Assembly: GCA_964458415.1 (NCBI GenBank)
Contig: CAYWIT010000004.1
Span: 81,493-145,492, forward strand
Length of the DNA: 64,000 bases
Reading direction: 5' to 3'
Source: an uncultured Rhodospirillaceae bacterium
GTDB lineage: Bacteria; Pseudomonadota; Alphaproteobacteria; Micavibrionales; UBA2020
The stretch's first letter is position 1. Every line of letters begins with the position of its first letter. The notes beneath the pieces were generated by a model, which saw only the letters and a list, made by a program, of their open reading frames with translations, was not told the origin of the DNA and did not search any database. The translations under genes were made by a program, and so were the position numbers. This document shows, one piece after another, positions 28,121-38,395 of this stretch.

Positions 28121-29333
28121 CAAATATGCCGTGTTACTGTTCATCTGCCTGCTGTTGTCAGCGGGAAGCGTTCGCGCCGGAGAGGTGGTGCAGGATGATT
28201 CCGGCCGCAAGGTGCTTTATTGGTATGATCCGATGGTGCCGGGCACGCGCTTTGATGCGCCCGGAAAATCCCCGTTCATGGATATGATGCTGGTGCCGAA
28301 ATACGCACAGGAGGAGGCGGAACAGGAAGCCGGCCAGAGCCCGATTATTTCCGTCACCGATGCCGATGTCCAGAAGATGGGTGTGCGCACGGAAAAGGCG
28401 CGGTTGACAAAAACCGAAAGCGCTTTGCGCGCCACGGGAACCGTGGTCGAGAATGAAAGAATGCGTTTTGTGGTCTCGAGCCAGGTGGAGGGGCGGATCG
28501 AGGATTTGAAGTTCAATGCTGTGGGAGATCCGGTGCAGAAGGGGCAGAGTTTATACAGCCTGTATAGTCCAGCGCTTTACGCCCTGCAGGCCGATTTTCT
28601 GGCGGCGCGCAAGGCGGGCATTACGGATCTGGCCGAGGCGGCGCAGCAGCGGCTGTTGTTTCTTGGTGTTGACAAGGCTGTCGTTGCGGGTATAGCCAAA
28701 AGCGGAAAACCGCTGGAAATCGTACCGTTTATGGCGCCTGCCAGCGGGATTCTGAACCGGCTGGAGGTGCGGAACGGGCAATATATCAAGGCCAATGACA
28801 AGGTGGCGGAAATACAGGATCTTGCAGTGATCTGGATCGAGGCAGCACTGCCGGAAGGGGATCTGCAAAATGTGCAGTCGGGGGATCATGCGGAAATCTC
28901 CTTTGCCGGAGATCCCGTGCCCTATAACGCCGTTGTCGAATATATCTATCCAGCGCTGTCAGCAGAAACGCGCACCGGAAAGGTCAGGCTGGCGCTGGAG
29001 AACAAAGAAGGCCGCCTGCGCCCTGCTTCTTATGCGGCTGTTTCATTCGCGGCGCAAGGTACAGAGGTGCTGACGGTGCCTGCCTCTGCCATCCTGCGTT
29101 CTTCGCGCGGGGATCATGTATTGCTGTCGCTGGGTGGCGGAAAGTTTCAGACGCGTGCCGTGAAGACCGGAGGAACCCGTGCGGGGCGGACGGAAATCGC
29201 CGATGGGGTGAAAGAGGGGGAGACTGTCGTCGTTTCCGGTCAGTTCCTGATCGATTCCGAATCAAACCTGAATGAAGTGCTGGATCGGAAAACGCCGGAT
29301 CAGATGGAGGGAGGCGCACATGCGGGACATTGA
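28113..29333 (+). CDS. cusB: RND efflux periplasmic adaptor, heavy-metal (CusB-like)
   Basis: 406 aa. Signal peptide, YWYDPMVPGTRFDAPGKSPFMDMMLVPKY heavy-metal adaptor N-terminal motif, and HlyD-like barrel. Confidence 0.85.
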   Translation: MNNKYAVLLFICLLLSAGSVRAGEVVQDDSGRKVLYWYDPMVPGTRFDAPGKSPFMDMMLVPKYAQEEAEQEAGQSPIISVTDADVQKMGVRTEKARLTKTESALRATGTVVENERMRFVVSSQVEGRIEDLKFNAVGDPVQKGQSLYSLYSPALYALQADFLAARKAGITDLAEAAQQRLLFLGVDKAVVAGIAKSGKPLEIVPFMAPASGILNRLEVRNGQYIKANDKVAEIQDLAVIWIEAALPEGDLQNVQSGDHAEISFAGDPVPYNAVVEYIYPALSAETRTGKVRLALENKEGRLRPASYAAVSFAAQGTEVLTVPASAILRSSRGDHVLLSLGGGKFQTRAVKTGGTRAGRTEIADGVKEGETVVVSGQFLIDSESNLNEVLDRKTPDQMEGGAHAGH

Positions 29334-32300
29334 TCCTTTTGCCACAACGCCGCCGGACCCGTCCACGGGCTTCGTGGCGCGGGTTATTGACTGGTCCGTC
29401 CGCAATACGCTGCTGGTGTCAATCTTTGCCGTGTTGATCCTCGCAGGGGGGATTTTGTCGCTCCAGCGGATGCCGCTGGATGCGATCCCCGATCTTTCCG
29501 ATACGCAGGTTATTGTCAGGACGGATTTTGCGGGACAGGCCCCGCAAATCATCGAAAATCTGGTTACCTATCCACTGTCGAGCGCCATGCTTGGGCTGCC
29601 CCACGCCAAAACCGTGCGGGGTTATTCCATGTTCGGAGCATCTTTTGTTTATATTATTTTCAGGGAAGGGACCGATCTTTATTGGGCGCGTTCGCGCGTG
29701 CTGGAGGCGTTGTCGAAAATCCAGCCTTCCTTGCCGTCCGCGGCGCGGGTGGAAATCGGTCCCGATGCGACGGGGGTGGGCTGGATTTATCAGTATGCCC
29801 TGATCGATTCTTCCGGCCGGCAGGATCTGGCGCAATTGCGAACGCTGCAGGACTGGTTTCTGAAATTCGAGCTGGCCACGGTACCGGGGGTTTCCGAAGT
29901 CGCCAGCATTGGCGGTTTTGTCAAGGAATATCAGGTTCTGGCAGATCCGGTAAAGCTGCGCGCTTACGGGATAGCCCTGGCCGATGTGATCATGGCGCTG
30001 AAACAGTCAAGCCACGAGAGTGGCGGGCGTGTCATCACACAGGGGGAAACGGAATATATCGTGCGGGCAAAGGGCTATGTATCCGGCCTGGAGGATCTTG
30101 GAAAAATTTCCCTGCGGGCCGCGAACGGGACGCCGGTACTGCTTTCGGCGGTGGCAAGGATTATTGAAGGGCCGGAGCTGCGGCGCGGTGTGGCCGAGCT
30201 GAACGGCACGGGCGAAGCTGTCGGCGGAATTGTGATCATGCGTCCGGGGAGCAATGCGCTCAGCGTCATCCGCGCTTTGCGTGAAAAAATCGAGTCCCTG
30301 AAGCCGGGACTGCCCGCCGGAGTGGAAATCGTCCCGGTTTACGACCGTGCGCCGCTGATCGAAGGTGCGGTGGCTTATCTTTCGCGCAAGCTGCTCGAGG
30401 AAGCGGCCGTCGTCGCGCTGGTCTGTCTGGTGTTTCTTCTGCATGCCCGCTCCGCGCTGGTCGCCATTGTGACGCTGCCTCTGGGCGTCCTGGCGGCCTT
30501 TGTGATCATGAGCTGGCAGGGCATTACCGCGAATATCATGTCGCTGGGCGGGATTGCCATTGCCGTGGGTGCGATGGTGGACGCTTCCATCGTCATGGTG
30601 GAAAACTGTCATCGGCGGCTGGTGATGCTTGGCGGCGGCGCGTCTTCTGCGGCGCGGCGCGAAGCTTTGCTGACGGCGATGAAGGAAGTGGGCCCCGGGT
30701 TGTTTTTTTCCCTGCTGATTATCACGGTCTCTTTCCTGCCGGTCTTTGCGTTGACGGGACAATCCGGGCGGTTGTTCGCGCCACTGGCTTACACCAAAAC
30801 CTATTCCATGGCTTTTGCCGCCCTGTTGTCGGTCACGCTGGTGCCGGTGCTGGTACTCTGGTTCGTGCGGGGAAAAATCAGGGCCGAGGAGGAAAATCCG
30901 CTGAACCGGTTGTTCATTTTCCTTTACAAGCCGGTGCTGTCGGCCGCCCTGAAACACAAGGCGCTGACGATGCTGGCGGCGGGGGCGCTGATGACCAGCG
31001 CCGTTTATCCGGCGATGCATACGGGCAACGAGTTTATGCCGGCACTTTACGAGGGGGGGCTGCTTTATATGCCGACGACACTGCCCGGTGTCTCGGTGAC
31101 CAAGGCCAAGGAGATTCTGGCCGTGACCAACCGCGCCATCAAGGCGGTGCCGGAGGTGGATACCGTCTTTGGCAAGGCGGGGCAGGCGGAGACGGCGACA
31201 GATCCGGCGCCCGTGTCGATGATCGAGACCTGGATACAGCTGAAGCCGAAAGAGCAATGGCGCTCCGGCCTGACCATCGAAAAGCTGACGGCGGAGCTTG
31301 ATGCGGCGACAAAAATGCCGGGGCTGGTCAATTCGTGGGGCTATCCGATCAAAACGCGCATGGATATGGTGACAACGGGGATCCGCACACCTGTCGGGAT
31401 CAAGGTTTCCGGCGGCGATATTGAAGAGATCGGAAAAATTTCCGCCGCAGTGGAAAAAGTGGTGCGCGATATTCCGGGGACGCGCTCGGCTTTTGCGGAC
31501 CGGGTGATCGGCGCGAAATATCTTGAAATCGTGCCGCGGCGCGAGGATCTGGCCCGTTACAACATTACCGTCGGCGCGATGCAGGAGGTAATCGCCTCGG
31601 CGCTGGGGGGCATGCGGCTGGCCGAATCCGTCGAAGGACGCGAGCGCTATGGCATTATGCTGCGGTATGACCGGCCCTTCCGTGAATCAGCCGATGATGT
31701 CCTGGATATTCTCGTCTCTACGCCGCAGGGAGCGCAGATTCCGCTTGCGGCAGTGGCAGATATCAGGATCGCTTCCGGACCACCCATGATCATTTCAGAA
31801 AACGCCAGACTGAATGGCTGGGTTTTTGTCGATGTTACGGGCCGCGATATCGGAAGCTATGTCGCGGCGGCGCGTAAAATCGTGGCGGAAAAAATCACGC
31901 TGCCAGCCGGTTATGCCATTGGCTGGTCCGGGCAGTTTGAACAGATGCAGGAGGCGCGGGAAAAATTGCGCATCGCCATCCCTGCCGCTCTTCTGATCAT
32001 TTTCGTCCTGCTAGTCATGCATTTTGGCCGTCTTGACCGGACGTTGATGGTATTGCTCTCGATTCCGTTCGGGCTGGTCGGCGGCGTCTGGGCGGTTTAT
32101 CTGGCGGAATATAATTTTTCCGTGGCGGTGGCGGTCGGGTTTATCGCGCTGGCGGGGATTGCCGTCGAGACCGTGGTGGTGATGCTGATTTATCTGGATC
32201 AGCAAATCCGTCAACGCCCCCCCACGACAGAGGCAGAGCTGCGCGCGGATGTTATCAGCGGCGCTGTTTTGCGGGTGCGCCCCAAGCTGATGACGGTGAC

Positions 32301-32523
32301 GGTGATCATCGCGGGTCTGCTGCCGGTATTCTTTACCGATGGTTTGGGGGCCGACGTTATGCGCCGCATCGCCTTGCCGATGGTGGGCGGGATGATCACG
32401 ACGACGGTGTTGACCTTGATTCTGATTCCGGTTCTTTTCGAGCTTTATATCGGTTGGGGCCGGAGACGGGCAGGGCAGGGGCAGGACCGGCAGAGACGGG
32501 ACTTGCCCGGCAATGCCTTTTAA
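29320..32523 (+). CDS. cusA: Cu(I)/Ag(I) efflux RND transporter permease
   Basis: ATG 29320 preferred. Collinear with E. coli CusA as I remember it (DAIPDLSDTQVIV, GPDATGVGWIYQYAL, SLGGIAIAVGAMVD). The Met-triad contexts LLYMPTTLPG, APVSMIETWIQLKP and RMDMVTTGI are present. Confidence 0.95.
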   Translation: MRDIDPFATTPPDPSTGFVARVIDWSVRNTLLVSIFAVLILAGGILSLQRMPLDAIPDLSDTQVIVRTDFAGQAPQIIENLVTYPLSSAMLGLPHAKTVRGYSMFGASFVYIIFREGTDLYWARSRVLEALSKIQPSLPSAARVEIGPDATGVGWIYQYALIDSSGRQDLAQLRTLQDWFLKFELATVPGVSEVASIGGFVKEYQVLADPVKLRAYGIALADVIMALKQSSHESGGRVITQGETEYIVRAKGYVSGLEDLGKISLRAANGTPVLLSAVARIIEGPELRRGVAELNGTGEAVGGIVIMRPGSNALSVIRALREKIESLKPGLPAGVEIVPVYDRAPLIEGAVAYLSRKLLEEAAVVALVCLVFLLHARSALVAIVTLPLGVLAAFVIMSWQGITANIMSLGGIAIAVGAMVDASIVMVENCHRRLVMLGGGASSAARREALLTAMKEVGPGLFFSLLIITVSFLPVFALTGQSGRLFAPLAYTKTYSMAFAALLSVTLVPVLVLWFVRGKIRAEEENPLNRLFIFLYKPVLSAALKHKALTMLAAGALMTSAVYPAMHTGNEFMPALYEGGLLYMPTTLPGVSVTKAKEILAVTNRAIKAVPEVDTVFGKAGQAETATDPAPVSMIETWIQLKPKEQWRSGLTIEKLTAELDAATKMPGLVNSWGYPIKTRMDMVTTGIRTPVGIKVSGGDIEEIGKISAAVEKVVRDIPGTRSAFADRVIGAKYLEIVPRREDLARYNITVGAMQEVIASALGGMRLAESVEGRERYGIMLRYDRPFRESADDVLDILVSTPQGAQIPLAAVADIRIASGPPMIISENARLNGWVFVDVTGRDIGSYVAAARKIVAEKITLPAGYAIGWSGQFEQMQEAREKLRIAIPAALLIIFVLLVMHFGRLDRTLMVLLSIPFGLVGGVWAVYLAEYNFSVAVAVGFIALAGIAVETVVVMLIYLDQQIRQRPPTTEAELRADVISGAVLRVRPKLMTVTVIIAGLLPVFFTDGLGADVMRRIALPMVGGMITTTVLTLILIPVLFELYIGWGRRRAGQGQDRQRRDLPGNAF

Positions 32524-32752
32524 GGTGTTGATTTTATTTGCTAAAATAAACGGCAATTTGTTCTTTACTGCGGCGGAAGGCTGTTTTGGGGAAAAAGACG
32601 CAATTTCCTTGCTATTACGGGCAGAATCCGTGTACCTTCCGCTTCCATATAGAACCCGCTGACCGGATTTCCGTTCAGCTCGGGGTCTTGCGGCTGGTGG
32701 GCGAATGGTTCGGACATACAGCGGAGATCCGACGAAAACCAAGGGAAAAGAC

Positions 32753-33118
32753 ATGCCTCTTTATGAAACCGTGTTTATTGCACGGCAGGATATTTCCGCA
32801 AAACAGGCGGAAGACCATGCCGCGGCCTTCGTTAAGATTGTGAATGACAATGGCGGCGAAGTAAAAAAAACAGAAAGCTGGGGTCTGCGCACGCTCGCTT
32901 ACCGCATTCGTAAAAACAAAAAAGGTCATTATACGCTGATCCATTCCGATGCGCCGTTCAAGGCGATCGCGGAAATGGAGCGTAACATGAAGCTGAATGA
33001 AGACGTTCTGCGTTTCATGACTGTCCGTATTGACGCATTGCCGGAAGGGCCTTCGGCCATTCTCAAGCATTCCGATGAAGGTGATCGTCCATCTTATAAT
33101 GAAGAGGCAGGTGAATAA
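32753..33118 (+). CDS. rpsF: 30S ribosomal protein S6
   Basis: ATG 32753 ([13 protein letters not shown]...[18 protein letters not shown]). Confidence 0.95.
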   Translation: MPLYETVFIARQDISAKQAEDHAAAFVKIVNDNGGEVKKTESWGLRTLAYRIRKNKKGHYTLIHSDAPFKAIAEMERNMKLNEDVLRFMTVRIDALPEGPSAILKHSDEGDRPSYNEEAGE

Positions 33119-33426
33119 TGGCATTCCAGAAAAAAACATTCGACAGAAAACCATCCGGCGAAGGCCGCCCGGCGGGTCCTGGCGGTGCCGGTGGTCCCGG
33201 TGGTCGCCGTCCGTTCTTCAAACGCCGCAAGACCTGTCCGTTCAAGAGCCCGCATGCGCCCGCGATCGACTATAAGGATCCGAAGCTGCTGGGACGTTAC
33301 ATTTCCGAGCGCGGCAAGATCGTGCCGTCACGGATCACTGCCGTATCGCAAAAAGCGCAACGCAAGCTCGCACGTGAAATCAAACGCGCCCGCTTTCTTG
33401 CCCTGCTGCCCTATGTTGCGAAGTAA
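33118..33426 (+). CDS. rpsR: 30S ribosomal protein S18 (Gly/Pro-rich N-terminal extension)
   Basis: 102 aa. CPF...[25 protein letters not shown]...[19 protein letters not shown]. Confidence 0.95.
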   Translation: MAFQKKTFDRKPSGEGRPAGPGGAGGPGGRRPFFKRRKTCPFKSPHAPAIDYKDPKLLGRYISERGKIVPSRITAVSQKAQRKLAREIKRARFLALLPYVAK

Positions 33427-33440
33427 GGAAGGAAAATATC

Positions 33441-34040
33441 ATGCAAATCATTCTGCTTGAACGCGTCGAGAGCCTGGGCCAGATGGGCGACGTTGTAAAC
33501 GTCAAGCCCGGTTACGCCCGGAACTTCCTTTTGCCCCGCAACAAAGCGCTGCGCGCGACAAAAGAAAACGTCAGTCATTTCGAAGCCCAGAAAAAAGTCC
33601 TTGAAGCTGAAAACCTGAAACGCCGCGATGAAGCGCAAAAAGTCGCGGGCAAGATGGATGGTCTTAAGGCTGTGATCATTCGCCAGGCGGCGGAAGCCGG
33701 CCAGCTTTTCGGTTCTGTCACGGGTCGTGACATCGCCGAGGCAATTGGCAACAAGGGGTTCAAAGTTGACAAGAGCCAGGTCCGGATGGACCGCAGCTAC
33801 AAGTTGCTGGGGCTGTTTCCGGTGCAGGTTTCCTTGCACCCGGAGGTGACGGTGACGGTGACGATCAATATCGCCCGCTCCGAAGAGGAAGCCAAGCTTC
33901 AGGAAAAACGCGGCGCGGCTTTGATCAGCAAAACGGAAGAAGCCGAAGCAGCGGAAGAAGCATCAGCCAAGGCTGCGGCAAAAGAAGCTGCGGAGAAAGT
34001 CTTTGCAGAAGACTCCTCGTCTGAGGAAGCGGCTGCCTGA
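33441..34040 (+). CDS. rplI: 50S ribosomal protein L9 (acidic Ala/Glu-rich C-terminal tail)
   Basis: 199 aa. [32 protein letters not shown]. Confidence 0.95.
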   Translation: MQIILLERVESLGQMGDVVNVKPGYARNFLLPRNKALRATKENVSHFEAQKKVLEAENLKRRDEAQKVAGKMDGLKAVIIRQAAEAGQLFGSVTGRDIAEAIGNKGFKVDKSQVRMDRSYKLLGLFPVQVSLHPEVTVTVTINIARSEEEAKLQEKRGAALISKTEEAEAAEEASAKAAAKEAAEKVFAEDSSSEEAAA

Positions 34041-34062
34041 TTCTTTCCGAAACGTGATACCA

Positions 34063-34097
34063 GAAACGCCCGGGCAAAGCCGGGCGTTTCTTTTTTT
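34063..34097 (+). terminator. rho-independent terminator of the rpsF-rpsR-rplI operon
   Basis: GAAACGCCCGG-caaag-CCGGGCGTTTC followed by T7. Confidence 0.75.
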
Positions 34098-34152
34098 GCG
34101 AAATAACGGGGAAAACGTTCATTTCCGGTGATTCTTCTGCTAGTCTTGCTTC

Positions 34153-35658
34153 ATGACAGCAGAAGCCGCCAGATTCTCGGGACCGCAACCTCTCCAGCCG
34201 GATACGGCGGGGGATTTCCGTGTTTTGCCGCATAATGAAGAGGTCGAGCAGGCCTTGCTGGGCGCTTTGCTGGTCAATAACCGTTCTTTGGAAAAAGTAT
34301 CCGAATTTCTGGCGCCGGCGCATTTTTATAATCCCGTGCATGGCCGCATTTATGAAGCGATTGCCAAGTTTGTAGAACGCGGACAGGATGCCAGCCCGAT
34401 TACGCTCAAGACTTATTTTGACAAAGACGCAGATCTGGCGCATGTCGGCGGCGGACAGTATCTGGCCGATCTGGCCGCGCATATCATCAGCGTCGTTAAT
34501 GTCGAGGATTACGGACGCACCGTTTACGAGATGCACCTGAAGCGGGCGCTGATCACTCTCGGGGAAGATGTCGTCAATGAGGCTTATAGTCATGATGTGG
34601 ATCTGAATCCGCGTCAGCAGATCGAGCAGACGGAAAAGCGGCTGTTCGATCTGGCCACCGCGGGCGATTTCAAGGGCGGTTTTGTCAGTTTTAACGAGTC
34701 GCTGACCCGCGCCATCAAGCAGGCGGAAATCGCCTATCAGCGCGAAGGGCTGGTCACAGGTGTGACCACAGGATTGAACGATATCGACAAGCAGCTGGGC
34801 GGGTTGCAAAAATCCGATCTGGTAATTCTGGCCGGGCGTCCGTCGATGGGGAAAACCGCATTGGCCACCAATATGGCTTTCAATGCGGCCCGCAGTTACC
34901 TCGATACGCAGGGCAAGGAAGGCGCGGTCGTCGGGTTTTTCTCTCTCGAGATGTCGGCGGAACAGCTTGCCACGCGTATTCTGGCGGATCTCTGCGAAAT
35001 TCCATCCGATAATATCCGGCGCGGGGCGGTCAAGGATGTCGATTTCCATCGCTTCGTTGCGGCTAGCCAGACGCTGTCACAGGCGCCGCTTTTTATTGAC
35101 GATACGCCGGCGCTGACCATCGGGGCAATCCGCACGCGCGCGCGCCGGCTCAAGCGCCAGCATAACCTCGGGCTGATCGTTGTTGACTATCTTCAGTTGT
35201 TGCAGGGCTCCGGACGCGGCGGGGAGCAAAACCGCGTGCTGGAAATCTCCGAGATTACCCGCGGTCTCAAGGCGATCGCCAAGGAGTTGGACGTACCCGT
35301 TCTGGCGCTTTCCCAGCTTTCCCGCGCGGTCGAGCAGCGCGACAACAAGCGCCCGCAGCTTTCGGACCTGCGGGAATCCGGCTCTATCGAGCAGGACGCC
35401 GATGTTGTCATGTTCGTTTATCGCGAGGAGTATTATCTGGAGCGCGAGCAGGCCGCCCGCCGTCCCGAGGAATCCGAGGAGAAATTCAACGAGCGCTTCG
35501 CCAGCTGCCAAAAGCGACTCGAGGAGGCCCGCAATATCGCCGAGTGTATTGTCGCCAAACAGCGTCATGGCCCGATCGGCATCGTCAAGCTGCATTTCAC
35601 CGGCGCCTTCACGCGTTTCAGCAACCTTGAAAATTATCGTGTCGAGAGTTATGAGTGA
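34153..35658 (+). CDS. dnaB: replicative DNA helicase
   Basis: 501 aa. LPHNEEVEQALLGALL, Walker A AGRPSMGKTALA, VVDYLQLL, and SQLSRAVEQR. Confidence 0.95.
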   Translation: MTAEAARFSGPQPLQPDTAGDFRVLPHNEEVEQALLGALLVNNRSLEKVSEFLAPAHFYNPVHGRIYEAIAKFVERGQDASPITLKTYFDKDADLAHVGGGQYLADLAAHIISVVNVEDYGRTVYEMHLKRALITLGEDVVNEAYSHDVDLNPRQQIEQTEKRLFDLATAGDFKGGFVSFNESLTRAIKQAEIAYQREGLVTGVTTGLNDIDKQLGGLQKSDLVILAGRPSMGKTALATNMAFNAARSYLDTQGKEGAVVGFFSLEMSAEQLATRILADLCEIPSDNIRRGAVKDVDFHRFVAASQTLSQAPLFIDDTPALTIGAIRTRARRLKRQHNLGLIVVDYLQLLQGSGRGGEQNRVLEISEITRGLKAIAKELDVPVLALSQLSRAVEQRDNKRPQLSDLRESGSIEQDADVVMFVYREEYYLEREQAARRPEESEEKFNERFASCQKRLEEARNIAECIVAKQRHGPIGIVKLHFTGAFTRFSNLENYRVESYE

Positions 35659-36763
35659 TGTCCAAACCGCGCGGTCAGGCGCGCTGGCTGTGCTGGAAAT
35701 CGACCTTGACGCCATCGCGGAAAATTATCTGACACTCAAAAAGAAATTACGTGCCGGTGCCGATTGCGCGGCGGTAGTCAAGGCCGATGCTTATGGTCTT
35801 GGCGCGCTGCCGGTTAGCCGGACGCTTTTTGCACAGGGCTGCCGTCATTTTTTTGTGGCTACAGCGGCAGAGGCTTTTGCCATACGGGATGTTTTGCCGG
35901 CAGCAGCCCTGATTTACGTCCTGAACGGGCCGTGGGGCGCCGCCCCTGCTGCGTTTTCGGCAGCCGGGCTGATCCCCGTCCTTAATACGCCGGAAGACCT
36001 GGCTTGCTGGCAGGCCGCCGCTAAAACAGCAGAGCGGCGCCTGCCCGCCGTTTTACAGCTGGATACCGGCATGAACCGTCTTGGCCTTTCTGCGGCGGAT
36101 GTGGAGAGGCTGGAGGCGGAGACATTCAAGGCGCTGGACATTCGCTATGTGATGAGCCATCTCGCCTGCGCGGATGATCCGGTGCACGATAAAAATGTCA
36201 CCCAGCGGGATTTGTTTGAAACTCTGACCGGACGGTTACCGGTGCCCTGCCGGCGCAGTCTGGCAAATTCGGCAGGAATTTTTCTGGGCCCGGAATATCA
36301 TTTTGATCTGGTGCGCCCGGGTTGCGGACTTTACGGAATCTCTCCCTTGGCGCAAGGGGAAAATCAGCTGCGCAATCCGGTGACATTGCGGGCGCGGATT
36401 CTGCAAATCAGAAGAATTGACAGGCCAGAGACGGTTGGATACGGTGCCACTCATACAGTTGTGCCGCCTGCAAAATGCGCTACAATTTCAGCGGGATATG
36501 CGGATGGATATTTGCGCAGCCTGTCGGGGCGCGGGGCTGTGTTCATCGGTGGCGAAAAATGCCCGGTGATCGGCCGCGTCTCGATGGATACGATCGTGGT
36601 CGATATCACAAAGCTGACGCTGGCATGTCAGGTGGGGGACTGGGCGGAAATCATCGGGCCTCGCCAGACGGCGGATGATGTCGCAAGGCAAGCGGGAACA
36701 ATCGGTTACGAAATCCTGACCGGCCTTGGCGCGCGCTATGAACGGAACTATATAACGACCTAG
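35651..36763 (+). CDS. alr: alanine racemase
   Basis: ATG 35651 (8-nt overlap with the dnaB stop). AVVKADAYGLG PLP-lysine motif and GRVSMDTIVVD. Confidence 0.9.
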   Translation: MSDVQTARSGALAVLEIDLDAIAENYLTLKKKLRAGADCAAVVKADAYGLGALPVSRTLFAQGCRHFFVATAAEAFAIRDVLPAAALIYVLNGPWGAAPAAFSAAGLIPVLNTPEDLACWQAAAKTAERRLPAVLQLDTGMNRLGLSAADVERLEAETFKALDIRYVMSHLACADDPVHDKNVTQRDLFETLTGRLPVPCRRSLANSAGIFLGPEYHFDLVRPGCGLYGISPLAQGENQLRNPVTLRARILQIRRIDRPETVGYGATHTVVPPAKCATISAGYADGYLRSLSGRGAVFIGGEKCPVIGRVSMDTIVVDITKLTLACQVGDWAEIIGPRQTADDVARQAGTIGYEILTGLGARYERNYITT

Positions 36764-36771
36764 AGGGAACC

Positions 36772-37611
36772 ATGGATTACGCGAGCGAAAATGTCACGGA
36801 TACGGATGAAACCTTTTCTCCCTTGCGGCGCGGCCTTGATGGTCTGCAGCGACTGGGCGCGGCTCTTCTTAATTTTTTTGCCGCTGTTGGACGGCTGGCG
36901 CAATTCGCCGGACTGGGCGTTTATCACTGCCTGACGCCGCCCTTTTATCCGCGCCTCCTGCTGCGCCAGTTGATTGATATCGGATATTATTCCCTGCCGG
37001 TGGTGGGGTTGACGACGCTCTTTACCGGGATGGTGCTGGCGTTGCAGAGTTATACCGGTTTTTCGCGCTTTTCGGCAGAAGGGGCGGTGGCCACGGTGGT
37101 TGTTCTTTCCGTGACGCGGGAACTTGCTCCTGTGCTGGCGGGGTTGATGGTGGCGGGCCGTATCGGTGCCGCGATTGCGGCCGAGCTTGGCACCATGCGC
37201 GTGACCGAGCAGATTGACGCGCTGACGACGCTTTCGACCAATCCCTTTAAATACCTGATCGCGCCGCGCCTGATTGCGGGAACGTTGATGCTGCCGCTGC
37301 TGGTGCTGGTGGGGGATATTATCGGTGTTTTCGGCGGTTATATCGTCGGGGTTTATTCGCTGGGCTTCGAGCCGGAAAATTACCTGCATAAAACCTGGGA
37401 ATATCTGGAGCGTCAGGACGTGGTTTCCGGTTTGTGGAAAGCGGCCGCTTTCGGTTTCATCGTCGCGCTGATGGGCTGCTACAACGGTTTTAATTCTCAG
37501 CGTGGCGCGCAGGGTGTCGGCGCGGCGACGACAAATGCGGTTGTGTCAGCGTCCATTCTGATCCTGATTACGAACTATATTCTCACTCAGCTCTTTTTCG
37601 CGGGGAAGTAA
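36772..37611 (+). CDS. mlaE: phospholipid/ABC transporter permease MlaE family
   Basis: 279 aa. TRELAPVLAGLMVAGRIGAAIAAELGTMRVTEQIDAL signature. Confidence 0.85.
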   Translation: MDYASENVTDTDETFSPLRRGLDGLQRLGAALLNFFAAVGRLAQFAGLGVYHCLTPPFYPRLLLRQLIDIGYYSLPVVGLTTLFTGMVLALQSYTGFSRFSAEGAVATVVVLSVTRELAPVLAGLMVAGRIGAAIAAELGTMRVTEQIDALTTLSTNPFKYLIAPRLIAGTLMLPLLVLVGDIIGVFGGYIVGVYSLGFEPENYLHKTWEYLERQDVVSGLWKAAAFGFIVALMGCYNGFNSQRGAQGVGAATTNAVVSASILILITNYILTQLFFAGK

Positions 37612-37614
37612 GTC

Positions 37615-38388
37615 ATGAATGGCCATACAACTCCCAAATTGCAGCTTGAGGGCGTGTACAAATCTTTCGGCAACAATCATGTCCTGCGCGGCATTGACCT
37701 GACTATTCCTAAAGGGAAATCCCTTGTTGTCATCGGCGGATCGGGAACCGGAAAATCCGTCATGATCAAATGCGTATTGGGCCTGATCCATCCCGACAAA
37801 GGCGCCATTCGCGTTGATGGTGCGGAAACGACGCAGCTCAAGGGGCTGGAGCGCGATGCGCTGATGCGCAAGTTCGGCATGTTGTTTCAGGGCGGGGCGT
37901 TGTTTGACAGTCTTCCCGTCTGGGAGAACGTGGCTTTCGGCCCTATTCAGGGCAAAGGCATGAACCGTAAGGAAGCGCGGGAGCTGGCGATCGACAAGCT
38001 GCGCGCCGTAGGTCTTCCGGCCCGTGTGGCGGAGCTGCTGCCGGCGGAGCTGTCGGGCGGCATGCAAAAGCGTGTCGGTCTTGCCCGCGCGATTGCCGCC
38101 AATCCGGAGATTATCTTTTTTGACGAGCCGACGACAGGTCTTGACCCGATCATGGCGGACGTGATTAACGACCTGATCATCAAAACCAGCAAAGAGCTTG
38201 GCGCGACGACATTGTCTATCACGCATGATATGGCGAGCGCGCGCAAGATCGCCGATGAAATCGCGATGATCTACAAGGGGCAAATTCTCTGGCAGGGGCC
38301 GGCGCAGGATATCGATCATTCCGGCAATGCTTATGTGGACCAGTTTATCCGCGGCAGCGCCGATGGTCCGATTAAAATGGAAGTGTAG
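37615..38388 (+). CDS. mlaF: ABC transporter ATP-binding protein MlaF family
   Basis: 257 aa. GGSGTGKS, LSGGMQKRVGLARA, and IIFFDEPTTGLD. Confidence 0.85.
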   Translation: MNGHTTPKLQLEGVYKSFGNNHVLRGIDLTIPKGKSLVVIGGSGTGKSVMIKCVLGLIHPDKGAIRVDGAETTQLKGLERDALMRKFGMLFQGGALFDSLPVWENVAFGPIQGKGMNRKEARELAIDKLRAVGLPARVAELLPAELSGGMQKRVGLARAIAANPEIIFFDEPTTGLDPIMADVINDLIIKTSKELGATTLSITHDMASARKIADEIAMIYKGQILWQGPAQDIDHSGNAYVDQFIRGSADGPIKMEV

Positions 38389-38395
38389 GGCGGAA

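Noticed and set aside
30007-31257. 416-codon minus-strand ORF inside cusA, with similar long shadow ORFs at 5838-6698, 7569-8486, 22195-22935, 23050-24219, 45924-46826 and 53131-54078
   Set aside because: All are antisense or out-of-frame to genes with clear family signatures, and all have low-complexity Arg/Gly/Pro-rich translations. Treated as non-coding.
26481-32523. Cus operon as a mobile genomic island
   Set aside because: No integrase, transposase, tRNA, flanking direct repeats or obvious compositional break are visible. Horizontal origin cannot be asserted from this window.
35180-35650. Long N-terminal extension of the alr ORF (527-aa version) overlapping the 3' third of dnaB
   Set aside because: The extension is out-of-frame dnaB sequence with an Ser/Arg/Pro-rich translation. 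Alanine racemase homology begins at ATG 35651 (MSDVQT...AVVKADAYGLG).
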